Shown here: positions 49,015 to 59,706 of the stretch, one piece after another
Layout: each line of letters opens with the position of its first letter
Numbering within the stretch: the first letter of the stretch is position 1
Assembly: GCA_040285825.1 (NCBI GenBank)
Contig: JAUPSS010000004.1
Coordinates: 2,212,550-2,276,549, forward strand
DNA length: 64,000 bases
Origin: Eukaryota sp. TZLM1-RC
Lineage: Eukaryota > Protista > Metamonada: BaSk clade
Reading direction: 5' to 3'
Notes under the pieces: generated by a model
Told to the model about the DNA's origin: nothing
Databases searched by the model: none
Seen by the model: only the letters and a program-made list of their open reading frames with translations
Made by a program: the position numbers and the translations under genes

Positions 49015-49290
49015 ATCAAATCTCGGTGACCACAGGAAGATCAGTCCGAATTTGTTGCACCGCTGCAGGGGTCAGCAGCGAGTTAAGTGCACAAGACCGA
49101 GTGAATACACGTGACACAGAGTGGGTGTCTGTCATGTAGTGAGAATAAACAGCTCATCTATCAAATTTTACACCTGTCACCCCATTTTCGACTTCTGGTT
49201 GCCTGTTCTGGGAGGTTTTTAACCCTCGACTTGGTTTTGGGAGGTTTTCACTATTCCCACACTTTCCCCTCACTTCATAAACTAGGTTCA
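49015..49290 (-). pseudogene. 5' end (upstream region plus first ~40 codons) of a diverged Fanzor family B copy
   Basis: Diverged direct repeat of ~44302-44575; ATG at 49135. Confidence 0.85.
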
Positions 49291-49342
49291 TAAACTAGGT
49301 ATCCTTTGTAAAAGTTTCTGGAATTTCAACTCTATGTAACTC

Positions 49343-49812
49343 ATGAAAGACGCTCTCAGCATCATCAACAGATTAGTCCACGATACTTCTTTGTCTAAAG
49401 AACGTTTCTTTGTTGGTTTTGAGGATAGATTTGACGGTGTATTCTTACTCCCTCTCCACGATTTTCTTGCCTTATCTGTACCATCTCACAGAATTCGCTA
49501 CATATCTAAAGGAAACTCAATTCTCTGGTCTCGCATAAAACGAATCAACCTTATTGGCTCTGTTGCACCTTCTGTTTCTTTATTCTCATCTCCAACACCT
49601 GGTGTTCTCTCCCGATGTTTTCCTCCTCATGCTACTGGTAGAAAGAATTTCCAGTTACCCTTCTTCTCTAACATTGTTTCTTGTAGTGTAGGTGTTCATC
49701 ATACATTGGCACTCACTGCTTGTGGTAATTGCTATGGATTTGGTCTGAACAAATCTACCAATTAGGCAACAACTACCCCCAATTACAATATAAAAGTATT
49801 CAAAAATCCTGA
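49343..49812 (+). pseudogene. MJ1316 (DUF504)-domain plus RCC1-repeat protein, truncated
   Basis: IINRL.HD..L....F.VGFEDRF.G....P.HRIRY.....LW.R..RI; then VG.HHTLALT..G..YGFGLN with YQLG in a shifted frame. Confidence 0.65.
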
Positions 49813-49818
49813 TGTACA

Positions 49819-50157
49819 TTCTCAGCAGCAAGGGTTAGTATACACTAAACACTTTGAAAATATGTTGATGGAAACAGCTACTACTATCTCCTTAGATGTC
49901 CTGCACGTCCTGGCCTTCGGACTGGTTCTGGCCTAGTACCAGTGAAATATTCACTAATTACAATCACCAGCTGGTTGCTGGGGCCTGAGATGTCCGTAGA
50001 CATTTGGTCTGACATCGTGGCCAATCGAACTTAGCGTAATTTACCCTTCCGCCATCGTGATATATCTTTTATCGTGAAAGACCTTACAGAAAGTCACTTT
50101 TGCTGATGTCATAAACTCGTCCCCACTTTGATATTTTCAAAGTGTTTTTGGATTTGT
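49819..50157 (-). pseudogene. Diverged 3' fragment of Fanzor family A, including the non-coding tail
   Basis: Homologous to ~28901-29240. Confidence 0.85.
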
Positions 50158-50564
50158 CATTTTGGTCCCCATCAAATTTATATAGGTTGAGGTCAATGTA
50201 TTAGGCAATGATCAATGTGCATCATTACTTAATAAACTGATAGTTCTATGAATATTCCAATGTCATAGGAGTTAAAGGTGTTACATTAACACGAAATCAC
50301 AACAACAGTGATTCATAGTCAAGCAGATCAACAAGGTATTGTCTAAAGTTTAGACTTGAAGTCATGTGTTTAAAAAACATATGAATGTTGTCACGCCTGT
50401 TGTGTACTATTTTTTATATATTTTGTTTATAATTAAAAATGTTTTTTATTTAAATAATTTAAAGAAGTGACTATCCGACACATATAACACTGTGGTAAAA
50501 TGATAATGGATCAACATCCTCCATAACACAATGGATTGAAGAATGTCAAGAACAGTTATGAAAC

Positions 50565-50775
50565 TTGACTCACCAGTATGACCTTATTAACCAACACATT
50601 GGTGATGGAAATGTTGATAGAGATGTTTCCACTCTTGAATCTAATACAGCATATCCCAGATTGATTGATTGTTGGAATAATAAACGCAATGAAGGTGCTT
50701 ATGCACTTGCTCGTGCTCTTGAATCAAATTCCACTCTGACTCATTGAAACTTGAGCCCAACAACATAAGCGATTA
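50565..50775 (+). pseudogene. RNI-like LRR gene-family fragment
   Basis: EGAYALARALESNSTLTH*NLSPNNISD. Confidence 0.55.
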
Positions 50776-50869
50776 AGCTATATATATAATATATATAGTT
50801 ATCTATAGATAATTATATAATAATTTGGAACTTCCTGCCTGCAATCTTTATCACAGCATCGTCAATGAT

Positions 50870-53062
50870 ATGGAACGGTACACTATAACTCACAAACATT
50901 CTACACATGTTTGGTCTGCTAACCTGAAAACAACCAACGAAGCTGTTATAATCTGCCGTTCTTTAGTTGATTCTAATCTAGCTTACGATCGTGCCAACGC
51001 TCTCTTATCAGCTCACAAGCGTGGTGCTATTGCTGCTAAAGAATTCTTCTTTTCAGATGAGCATATCGGTCATGTGCTATATGCTATTGTCCCAGAATCT
51101 CTGGAGACAGTAGAAGACCTACTTGACAAACCCCTATCCACAGAAACCCGTCGAAACCTGGTCTTGTCCCTTTTCTCTTCTATCTCCACTCTCCACTCCT
51201 TTGGTACCTTTCATACTGATATAAGACCTGATACTCTGGCCGTCATCAACAACCACATCCTTCTCTCCCCTCTTTCTCTCTCTCCACGTCCTTCTTCTTC
51301 TCGACCCCCAAACCATCTTGCATACCTCCCACCAGAACAGCTTCTTCCTAATCCCAAAACCAACGCTTATCCACCCTTTGATTATTCAACTGATGTCTGG
51401 TCAGCGGCCATTGTCTCTCTACAACTTTTTAACACCTCCTCTCCCAGTATTCCTCTCTTCTCTTCTCCTGGCATTGCTGAACAAATTGCTAAAATGTTCA
51501 AAATCCTTGGTTTACCTTCCCCATCAGATCTTTCTTCCTTGCCACCCGAAGCAGCACGTCATCTTGTCAACTCAGTTAAGCCTACAGGACCCCCTCTCCT
51601 TCCCAGAATGTTGCTTTCTTATAAGCTCCCGGCTAGTGCGGTCTCTTGCTTCACTTCTGCATTAAAGTTTTGTCCTATCAAGAGGGCAAGTTGTCAAGAT
51701 GTGTTGAATTCAGATTTTTTGAAGAAGAGATCAGGGGTTGAGCTTGATACAGAACCTTCTATTTCTTTGCCAAGTAGACCTTTGATGACAAGTTTCAGTA
51801 GGTATTCTGGGAGTAACAGTGCGAATAGATCAAAAATAAGGGTCAAAAATACAGGGAAGGAGGTCAAAAACAGAAGGGAAAGTATCGACTCTACAGTGGG
51901 TTCTACAGTCTCTGAGGACGAAGCTGATGAATTATTGAATCTTTTCAATACCAATAGCGTTCCTTCACCATCACAATCCTTTTCTCATGGCGTTGATCAA
52001 TATTACAGTGGCAGTGAAAAAGGGTGGGGTCTATCAGAAAATACTGTCAAAACAGTACAGTTACATCAAAAAGAAGTCAACAGAAAGATTGATGATGAAG
52101 GTGAATTACTTACAGAGGAAGAAGCGGAAGAAGAAGATGGAATCAATGTTTCAGAGATTGTTGACGAATTGCTCAAAATTGCCGGGAAAATCAGAAAGTC
52201 AAGAAAATTCTTGAAGAAAGGTTCAGAATTCAGCGATCACGAGTCAACTAAAAATGATGAATCATGTGAGAGTGAAATATCAATAGATAATTCTGATTCC
52301 GCTGATTTTATTCAAAATGCCAATCTTTCACCAATACAATCATTACATCATTCGAGTACTTCCAGTAATTCGCCTGACTTAACTTTGGATTTCACTAGCA
52401 ACTCTTTGTCAAATCACTCTTTATCAAGATCATTTGATAATTCTTTGGAGATTTGTATCTCTGAAATTAAAAATTTTTCTTATTCTTTTTTAAAACAAAA
52501 CTCAATTGGTGAACTTTCCACAATAAGAGCTTGTATTTCTACTGTGGTGGTTGATTCTAACAATTCAAATACCAATGCCCCATCAAATAAGTCTGCCTAT
52601 TTCAAATTTAAATCAAATTTATTATCTGATAGGCTTTCAGCTAGCCCTAATGTTGAAGCCAAAGTACCAATTTCCACTTTTATTCTTTGCGATAAGGATC
52701 GTGAAGTGTCTTTGGAATTGACATTATTGGTGAATGGCAAGGTTCTTTCTGCCGCCACTGTTTGTTTAGATGCTTTGAGGTATCTATCTGAAGGCATTAA
52801 TGGATGGTATAATCTTTACCCATCAGAAACACGTAAGCACACGTCACCTGCCGGTCAAATTCATGTGATTGTGAAGGTTTTGAACTCTCTGTATTCATCA
52901 ATCCCTCCTGATGTGCCAAAAACGGCAACTGATTATGACAGTGATGGTCTTTTTCAACCAGTTTTTAATTCTCCTTTTTCAGAAAAAAATTATTCTGTTG
53001 ATGAAAATTTAGTGGATACAGAAGATTTTGTTAGTCAGTATCTGTGTGAATCTGTTAGCTGA
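50870..53062 (+). CDS. Protein-kinase-fold (probable pseudokinase) protein with C-terminal C2-like domain
   Basis: HTDIRPD, YLPPEQL, YSTDVWS, PLF..QI..+..ILG.P and R.S....L...F; ATG at 50870; C-terminal GWYNL...GQIHV. Confidence 0.8.
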   Translation: MERYTITHKHSTHVWSANLKTTNEAVIICRSLVDSNLAYDRANALLSAHKRGAIAAKEFFFSDEHIGHVLYAIVPESLETVEDLLDKPLSTETRRNLVLSLFSSISTLHSFGTFHTDIRPDTLAVINNHILLSPLSLSPRPSSSRPPNHLAYLPPEQLLPNPKTNAYPPFDYSTDVWSAAIVSLQLFNTSSPSIPLFSSPGIAEQIAKMFKILGLPSPSDLSSLPPEAARHLVNSVKPTGPPLLPRMLLSYKLPASAVSCFTSALKFCPIKRASCQDVLNSDFLKKRSGVELDTEPSISLPSRPLMTSFSRYSGSNSANRSKIRVKNTGKEVKNRRESIDSTVGSTVSEDEADELLNLFNTNSVPSPSQSFSHGVDQYYSGSEKGWGLSENTVKTVQLHQKEVNRKIDDEGELLTEEEAEEEDGINVSEIVDELLKIAGKIRKSRKFLKKGSEFSDHESTKNDESCESEISIDNSDSADFIQNANLSPIQSLHHSSTSSNSPDLTLDFTSNSLSNHSLSRSFDNSLEICISEIKNFSYSFLKQNSIGELSTIRACISTVVVDSNNSNTNAPSNKSAYFKFKSNLLSDRLSASPNVEAKVPISTFILCDKDREVSLELTLLVNGKVLSAATVCLDALRYLSEGINGWYNLYPSETRKHTSPAGQIHVIVKVLNSLYSSIPPDVPKTATDYDSDGLFQPVFNSPFSEKNYSVDENLVDTEDFVSQYLCESVS

Positions 53063-53462
53063 TTTTAATCACTTATTCAATTCTTTTTTATTACTTTTTT
53101 CTATTCCAGTTTTTTTGCTTTTGTTATTATTTTAAATTTTTGTACCTTTATTTTCTTGTGCAGTAAATATTCAGTTTTTATTTATAAATTTTGTAATTTT
53201 CATAATGCTTTTCTTTCCTTATTGCGAAAGGCTATTCCAATACATTGCTCAGCAAAGGGGTCCGATAAACAAATAGAGTACAAACAGGGTAAGCCAAGGG
53301 AGGGAGGACGGGAGTAAGTAAGTAAATGAAATGGGTGTAAGATCATCTCGTTTGATTGAAATTTGAGGTTGTTGGGAAATCTTTTTTTTGGCTTTTAATC
53401 TCTTTACCTGGCCAACTTTTTGCTTGTACTCACTTTCTGGGTTGGTCTTTTTTTCAAAAACC

Positions 53463-54580
53463 TTTTTTTATCCAAACGAAATTGTTAAGAACTAAAAATC
53501 TATTTCTTCAAACTCTATTTCCTTAAACCATTGAAAATTTACCTACAGCATTTTCTTCATTAAGTCTTCCTAGTGATAACAACGAGCTAGAAACAAGGCT
53601 ATGCATTCTTTCAAAAACAGAAAATACAATTCTATTTTGCCAAAAGGTACGGTCAAATATTCTTCGAGTTCTATTTTTGACAATAGTTGAAAAATCGTCT
53701 GTAAAAGATAACACAGTTTTAACCAAGGTTCCAAATAAAGAAGAAGCAAAAGGACAAAGAAGGTATTGAGTATGTAAGTTGGAATTCAAATTTTTGATTT
53801 TTCAGAATACTTGAAAATTTTCGTTTCTTCAGCTCCACGTAAAGGTGAATTAGAAGATGGTGCCAGTTTTTCATTTGAGTTGTTTGATACATCAGTAGAT
53901 CTGACATCAATAATGATCATTGATCCATCAAGACCTGGAACTAACACAGCACCGCAGCTATCACCAAAAGAATTTCTGTCAGCTTCATCAGTCAAATTTG
54001 AAAGCAAAGGTTCTAAAAAGGATTCGATCTTGAAGGGTTGGTCTGAATCATGTATCAGGAGAATTAAGTGACAAATAGCATCAATTGAATATAATTTAGC
54101 TTGAATTTCAATACCATCAACTATTGTGGAAACTGAAAAATTCGGAAGTAAAACACATTTCAGTAAATTAAATTGGAGGCCAATTTTGTTAAATAAGTCT
54201 TTGAAACATACAGTTGCTTTTTTCACAATCTTTAAGTCACCTATAAGAACAACATCATCCATATAAACAATCAATTTTAAGGAATGAAATATTGCTTGAA
54301 TTTGTATCAATATAGGATGAACGGGCAGACAAAACAAAAGAGGTCCTTAGGGATCTCCTTGCTTAACACCACATGATGATTTCAAAACAGAATCAGCAAA
54401 ATGCAGATCAGATTTTGTGCAATATGTTGTTTGAAAATAAGGCAACAATTCTAACAAGTAATTCAACTAAGCACCATGAATACTGCACCGATGAATTGAG
54501 TTAAAGGCATTACTAAAATCCATCAACATACATACATTGGATTCATTTTGATGAAATAAAGTATCTGCAGCAAAGACTGA
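53463..54580 (-). mobile_element. CRE-like retrotransposon with internal deletion
   Basis: DFSNAFNS, GVKQGDP, YMDD, then EPLL..G.VLVPGLDG..IIDV and FWQNRIVFS; poly(A) at 53463-53469. Confidence 0.85.
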
Positions 54581-54662
54581 GGTCCATAAATTTGAAAACT
54601 TGAAAGCACTCGTTTAACTGTTATTTGAATTACCCTAACTTTCAACATTTGAAGCTTTTTAG

Positions 54663-55250
54663 ATGAGTGACTGGTTACACGAAGCCCTACAATCTGACAC
54701 AGCCTTCCGTGAACAGTTTAACCCCAACTCTTCCCAGCATCATGGTAGCACAGATACACGTCCTGTTCCTGTCAACAGAGCTTCCATGCCTGTTGGTGTG
54801 GACGAAACGGACAGTTCCTACCAATCCCCAGATTACGACTCGTATCCTCCATTGTACCATAAAAAGAAGGAGGAAAGAGCACATCTTGATGACATCAAGA
54901 AATCCCTAGATCCCGTGGTTAAGAATGTCCAGGCATTAATGAAGCACAGACGTATCCTAACCAATGCACCTCCTGAAGACCCTGCTAAACTGGAAAGATT
55001 GAAGACAGTTATTGAGAAGGACAAGGTTACCTTGAAAGAATCTTATGATCATGTCAAGAACCTCGTGGATAAACTCCCTGAATGGCAAAGGACGCTCTCC
55101 CCAGTCCTTGATCAGGCCATGGAAGATAGGGTCTGGAGTAAGGAAGAGGTTGGTGAATATATTTTGCTTGTAAGGCAGTATTCACAACAAATATTTCAAG
55201 AACAAAGTCGGTTGCTGGCTCAAATGAAAGAAATTGCAAAAGATAAATAA
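54663..55250 (+). CDS. Hypothetical protein (helical C-terminal half)
   Basis: 195-aa ORF with host-like GC content, AT-rich flanks and an ATG start. Confidence 0.7.
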   Translation: MSDWLHEALQSDTAFREQFNPNSSQHHGSTDTRPVPVNRASMPVGVDETDSSYQSPDYDSYPPLYHKKKEERAHLDDIKKSLDPVVKNVQALMKHRRILTNAPPEDPAKLERLKTVIEKDKVTLKESYDHVKNLVDKLPEWQRTLSPVLDQAMEDRVWSKEEVGEYILLVRQYSQQIFQEQSRLLAQMKEIAKDK

Positions 55251-55371
55251 ATTAAGTTTTACTATTGATTATTCAATTACATTTTTTGTTTAAATTTAAA
55301 ATTAAGTAAACAATGACAAAAATATAACTAGAAATAAAGAAATTCGCTCCAAAAAAATCAATCAAATCAAA

Positions 55372-56388
55372 TCAAGCAATTGAAATCACCTCTTGCTCCA
55401 TTGGGACTGAATCATCATTTAACAACTTGTTTCTCATGTCAAACATTCGTTTCAACTCCACCCGCACATCATAACAATATTCAATATCATACAAAGTATT
55501 AGCTAGAGCTTCTAACGACTCATCCTTCTCATCTGAATGCCAAGTGATTATTGGTAACGAATTATCAAGGGCATAACCACAAGCTTCCAAAGAATTGTCA
55601 ACCAAAACAACCCGTCGCTCATCCCTTCCCAATATCCTCACATCCTTAAGGTATAATGACTGATGGATCTTTGTACAATGAGTTCTGTGCAACCTATGAG
55701 GAACTAGTGTGTTCGTAGGGTCAATCTTTTGCATGACAGCATCAGCATATTCTTTGGTTGATGCGGTAAACAAAACCAAATGAAATCTCTCACTCATCTT
55801 CTCCAAGAATTCTGGGGTTCCCGGCCTCACCGCCACCCGCAGTTTAAATGTATGGTACCCACAACGGAGAGAAATGTCATGATACTTGATTCCCTGCACC
55901 TTGGGCGTCATTGCAACTCCTGGTTGATATATATCTGTATGGACAAGTGTCTCGTCCAAGTCAAGGAAGACTGTGAGTTTATCCAAACATCCCCCTGCTG
56001 GAAGGGCTACAATGTCTGGTTTCCCTATCTTTACCAGGTCATCCATACGTGGCGGACTAGAAGGAAGAGGGGGAAGGTTGACGAGCACTTGCCTGATTCT
56101 GAGCATATCTTCATAATCAAGTTGTTCATCGTTGTCTACACGTGTAGCAAAGTTATCGGGTTCTGGTTGGCAATGTTGTCTTTGGAAAAAGGAAGTAATG
56201 AGGGTCTGCCCCTTAGGGATACGAGTAGTCTTTTTCCTACGTACAACACGTCGTTTGCCGGTAGGGGATCGAAAATCTGGTGGTGCTGGTGAACCAGAAA
56301 GAGTGGTTTGCCTCAGATTTGGTCTTTTTGGAGAAGATAATGGTGAAGAAGCTCTCCTTCCTAGGCCAGCGTTGTTAGACTCCAACAT
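55372..56388 (-). CDS. SCP/CTDSP-like (NIF/FCP1 homology) phosphatase
   Basis: LDLDETLVH, RPG..EFL, FTAS..YAD, YLKD..LGRD and VDNS. Confidence 0.93.
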   Translation of the reverse strand: MLESNNAGLGRRASSPLSSPKRPNLRQTTLSGSPAPPDFRSPTGKRRVVRRKKTTRIPKGQTLITSFFQRQHCQPEPDNFATRVDNDEQLDYEDMLRIRQVLVNLPPLPSSPPRMDDLVKIGKPDIVALPAGGCLDKLTVFLDLDETLVHTDIYQPGVAMTPKVQGIKYHDISLRCGYHTFKLRVAVRPGTPEFLEKMSERFHLVLFTASTKEYADAVMQKIDPTNTLVPHRLHRTHCTKIHQSLYLKDVRILGRDERRVVLVDNSLEACGYALDNSLPIITWHSDEKDESLEALANTLYDIEYCYDVRVELKRMFDMRNKLLNDDSVPMEQEVISIA

Positions 56389-56484
56389 GGCACTAAATAG
56401 TGGAAGTAATTAGTGTTAATAAGGGAGAAAACTTTTCTATGAAAAGCCAAATTACACTACTTTGTACTTGTAAAACTTCTTCCT

Positions 56485-57096
56485 ATGAATCCTGAAGTGG
56501 AACTAGAAGTAGAATCCTTACAAGCTATTTACATGGACGACTTTGTCCAAAAGGATGATATTAGTTTTACAATAGATCTTTTTGCCCCATCGGACAGTGA
56601 GAGGTGTTTTGGTATTCGGCTGTTCATAACGTACACAGAAGACTACCCACAATCTCCACCTACCACAAGCATTGAAACTATTCAGAAGTCTTTTTCCCTT
56701 ACCAAACTCAAAGCAAAAATTGATGAAACTATCACTGGTGCCATAGAACAGGATTTTGGGCCTTGTATCTTTTTAGTTTGTGAAGCAGTAGTTGATGAAT
56801 TAGAAGTATTCGTGGCTGGTCCCAAATCTATGCATGAAGATATGGTTGTCGAGAATCCATGTGATCAAGTTGATGAGTTGAGTATATCAGAGAAGGAACG
56901 TATAACTAGTCAAGATCAATCTGTTGATTATGAATCCAAAAAGATTTTGTTTGGAACACCTTTTTCTGTGGAGGCTTTTCTCAACTGGAGAGCACGTTTC
57001 GAAGCTGAGCATAATATCGAGGTTGTTGATCATTCAGGGGTACTTACTGGAAAGCAAATATTTTTGGCTGGAGAAGTGGAAGAAGTTGCCGAATAA
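56485..57096 (+). CDS. RWDD1: RWD domain protein, RWDD1/Gir2 (DFRP2)
   Basis: E.ESLQAIY, YP..PP RWD motif, C-terminal GTP.S.EAF..WR..F and LTGKQIF. Confidence 0.9.
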   Translation: MNPEVELEVESLQAIYMDDFVQKDDISFTIDLFAPSDSERCFGIRLFITYTEDYPQSPPTTSIETIQKSFSLTKLKAKIDETITGAIEQDFGPCIFLVCEAVVDELEVFVAGPKSMHEDMVVENPCDQVDELSISEKERITSQDQSVDYESKKILFGTPFSVEAFLNWRARFEAEHNIEVVDHSGVLTGKQIFLAGEVEEVAE

Positions 57097-57700
57097 ACAT
57101 TGTGTCAAAACTTTTTATTGTAAGAAATAAGATGAGATTGAGTATGATGATCAATAATTTTTCTGGATAATCTAAGTCATAGGTCAATCCACCCAGCGTT
57201 TGTTTAAGACCATCAATTATTGCGCTAGAATGTAATTCTAGATGTTAAATTTCTGCACACAAACTGACTAATCCAATTTATAAACTAATGTACAATGTGC
57301 TATCCAATAGTGTTATCCAATTCACCACTTCAGGGAGTCTCTTGGTGAAACTACTGAGTGTGCTGTAGCTGCTGGTGAAATTGCTGGATAAGAATTTTTC
57401 AACAATTTTGTTTAAAAAATTTAGGAAAACCTTAACTATTACATAACTGCTGATATATGACGTCAATGATCAAACCTCAACGTCAAATAATGTTCAGTAG
57501 TATGAGGGTAGTATGATTGATAAAAAAGCATGTGTATGGCTTTTGGATTGATTGTCATCAATGTTGAAACAAACAAACTGGTCTAATCAAACAACCTGGC
57601 TCAACCATCAGGCCAAATATTTAGTTGGAAGCCACAATGACATGCTGTGAATTTAAATTCTTTTACAAATACATTAAATACAATAACTCTTGAAAAACAA

Positions 57701-59008
57701 CTAAGCAAATGGTTGAACAAACTGTTGGTAATACTGCATGGTGTCCCTTATCCAATCAACATGATCTACATTAACAATAGACAACCTTGGTCTACGTTGA
57801 CCTTGATAGACATCAAACCGTAAGCTCAAGGTAAAGGTGTACAACTTCAAATAACATTGCTTCAACACATCTTCATATTGGTCCTCGCTACTTGCTTTCA
57901 TTTGTTTTAAATCGGTAGCTGAATGTCCTACAAGAGTTTCCACGATTTGATCAAATGCTGGACAGAAGGCACCTTCTGTGGAATCTGAGACCAAAACCCT
58001 AGCCATAAACCTTGGAAGGGGTTCTTTTTCCATTCCACATTTATCACAGACGTCTCCGTTCATTTTCTTCTTGCAATCCGGACAAGAGAGATACCAAAGA
58101 TCAGCCTCAGCATCGTTGCTCATTGGTCTAATCTGCTGAACCACACCAATAGTCTTGAAGGTACATGGAGACTGCAAATATGGTACTTGTTCAAGATGTA
58201 TCATTGCAATATCTTTCTTGTTACCCTCCTCCCCTTGCATTGCTTTCTGCGCCACAACTTTGTCCATATCGATGTTACTTACCCATGCTGAGAGCTCTGT
58301 TGCTCTTTGATGTGCATCATCTTTGTAAAACTTTGTACTACTTATAGAAGAAATAGAAACAGAATCTCTAAAAAATGTGACTCTAGCTCCAATTATAAAC
58401 AACACTTCCCCAATTTTATAACTCAAAATCTTTTCCACATTACTACCCCACACTGTAAGTTCAAGTTCAAAACCACAAGGATTAGAGTCATCCACAACAC
58501 GACAGTCAACCTTGGAAATCTCTTTGTTAAGTTTTGAACTTGTTACCCGTGTAACTTCTCCTATTGACTTGACAACACAAACTACATCAACCAGCTCTTT
58601 CGGTCTAGACTGAACAAGAGAAGAAAGTGATTGGAAATTACCAGAGACCACACTAATCTCATCAGCTTGAGGACCAAAAAAAGGTTCAGCTGTTGATTCG
58701 TTGCGTAGAACAATTTCATAGTCATTGCCAGTGGTGTCAAACTGTGGATTAGCCATTTTAGTGGTGAAGTTTGTGATGGTATAGGCGTGGCCTTCCTTGA
58801 TCAGGTCGTGAAACCGTTGAGCGGTTTCACCAAATCCAGAGATCTTGATTTGTGTACCGGCAGCATCAATCGCATTGAAGGAGAAGACATGACCTGTACC
58901 AGCACCTTGTGAGAAGGACCTTAGAGGATGGATGAGTGAGACTTTGACAAGAATTGTAAGCTTTCCCTTATTAAAACAAGTAAGCCTGGAGAGAGGTGTG
59001 AAATCCAT
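57701..59008 (-). CDS. RPA1: Replication protein A large subunit (short form)
   Basis: Three OB folds, C4 zinc finger (YLSCPDCKKK...CDKC) and VSDST motif. Confidence 0.9.
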   Translation of the reverse strand: MDFTPLSRLTCFNKGKLTILVKVSLIHPLRSFSQGAGTGHVFSFNAIDAAGTQIKISGFGETAQRFHDLIKEGHAYTITNFTTKMANPQFDTTGNDYEIVLRNESTAEPFFGPQADEISVVSGNFQSLSSLVQSRPKELVDVVCVVKSIGEVTRVTSSKLNKEISKVDCRVVDDSNPCGFELELTVWGSNVEKILSYKIGEVLFIIGARVTFFRDSVSISSISSTKFYKDDAHQRATELSAWVSNIDMDKVVAQKAMQGEEGNKKDIAMIHLEQVPYLQSPCTFKTIGVVQQIRPMSNDAEADLWYLSCPDCKKKMNGDVCDKCGMEKEPLPRFMARVLVSDSTEGAFCPAFDQIVETLVGHSATDLKQMKASSEDQYEDVLKQCYLKLYTFTLSLRFDVYQGQRRPRLSIVNVDHVDWIRDTMQYYQQFVQPFA

Positions 59009-59706
59009 AAGAAGTAGGGTATGAGGAAAAGTATTTTTCCCAAAATTGTTTTTTTATCTATTTTATTCAAACAAAATTGTAAAAAATTAAAAATCAATTT
59101 CCCAAAAGAGGAACAATTTGGTTAATTCAATTTAATTTTTTTAAAATTGAATATTTAGAAATTTTATTAGAATAAGCTTTGGAAAACATATCATTCTAAT
59201 AACTACAAAAATAAATGGAAATTTGAAATTTGTTGGTAATGGATGCTATTTTCCTAGCCATAACCGTAAATCATCGTTTTCCTGCTGTCACATCATTGGT
59301 TTTGTTCGATAATGACAAACTGTCATTAACTTCTTGGTCTAATACAACAGTTTTATGGTCATCTCAGTTTCAATTAATGTTGAATTTGTGATCAAATTGT
59401 CAAATACACAGGAACTAATCCAAAATCATGTTCTTGTTGATTGTTCGATTTACAATTAGGATCATCCAAAAAAAATTTTGATAGCAATAATTTCACCAAG
59501 ACAGTGCTGAAATGCACACAGTTAGTAACAGAAACTGCAAAAGTAACAATCGTCTGTACTATGGAATTATATTTACCCAACCCTGCCTGCATTGTAAATC
59601 AGCAAAAGACTTGTCATAATCAAGCTCAAAATGAATGTCAAGAAAAGTATTTAATAATTTGAGAGTCCCTTCTTATTTACTTCATAATTAGAGACAACAT
59701 CTCACA

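Noticed and set aside
49860-50157. RIP-like C-to-T hypermutation of repeats
   Set aside because: Differences between the diverged copies include many transversions, with no evident directional bias.
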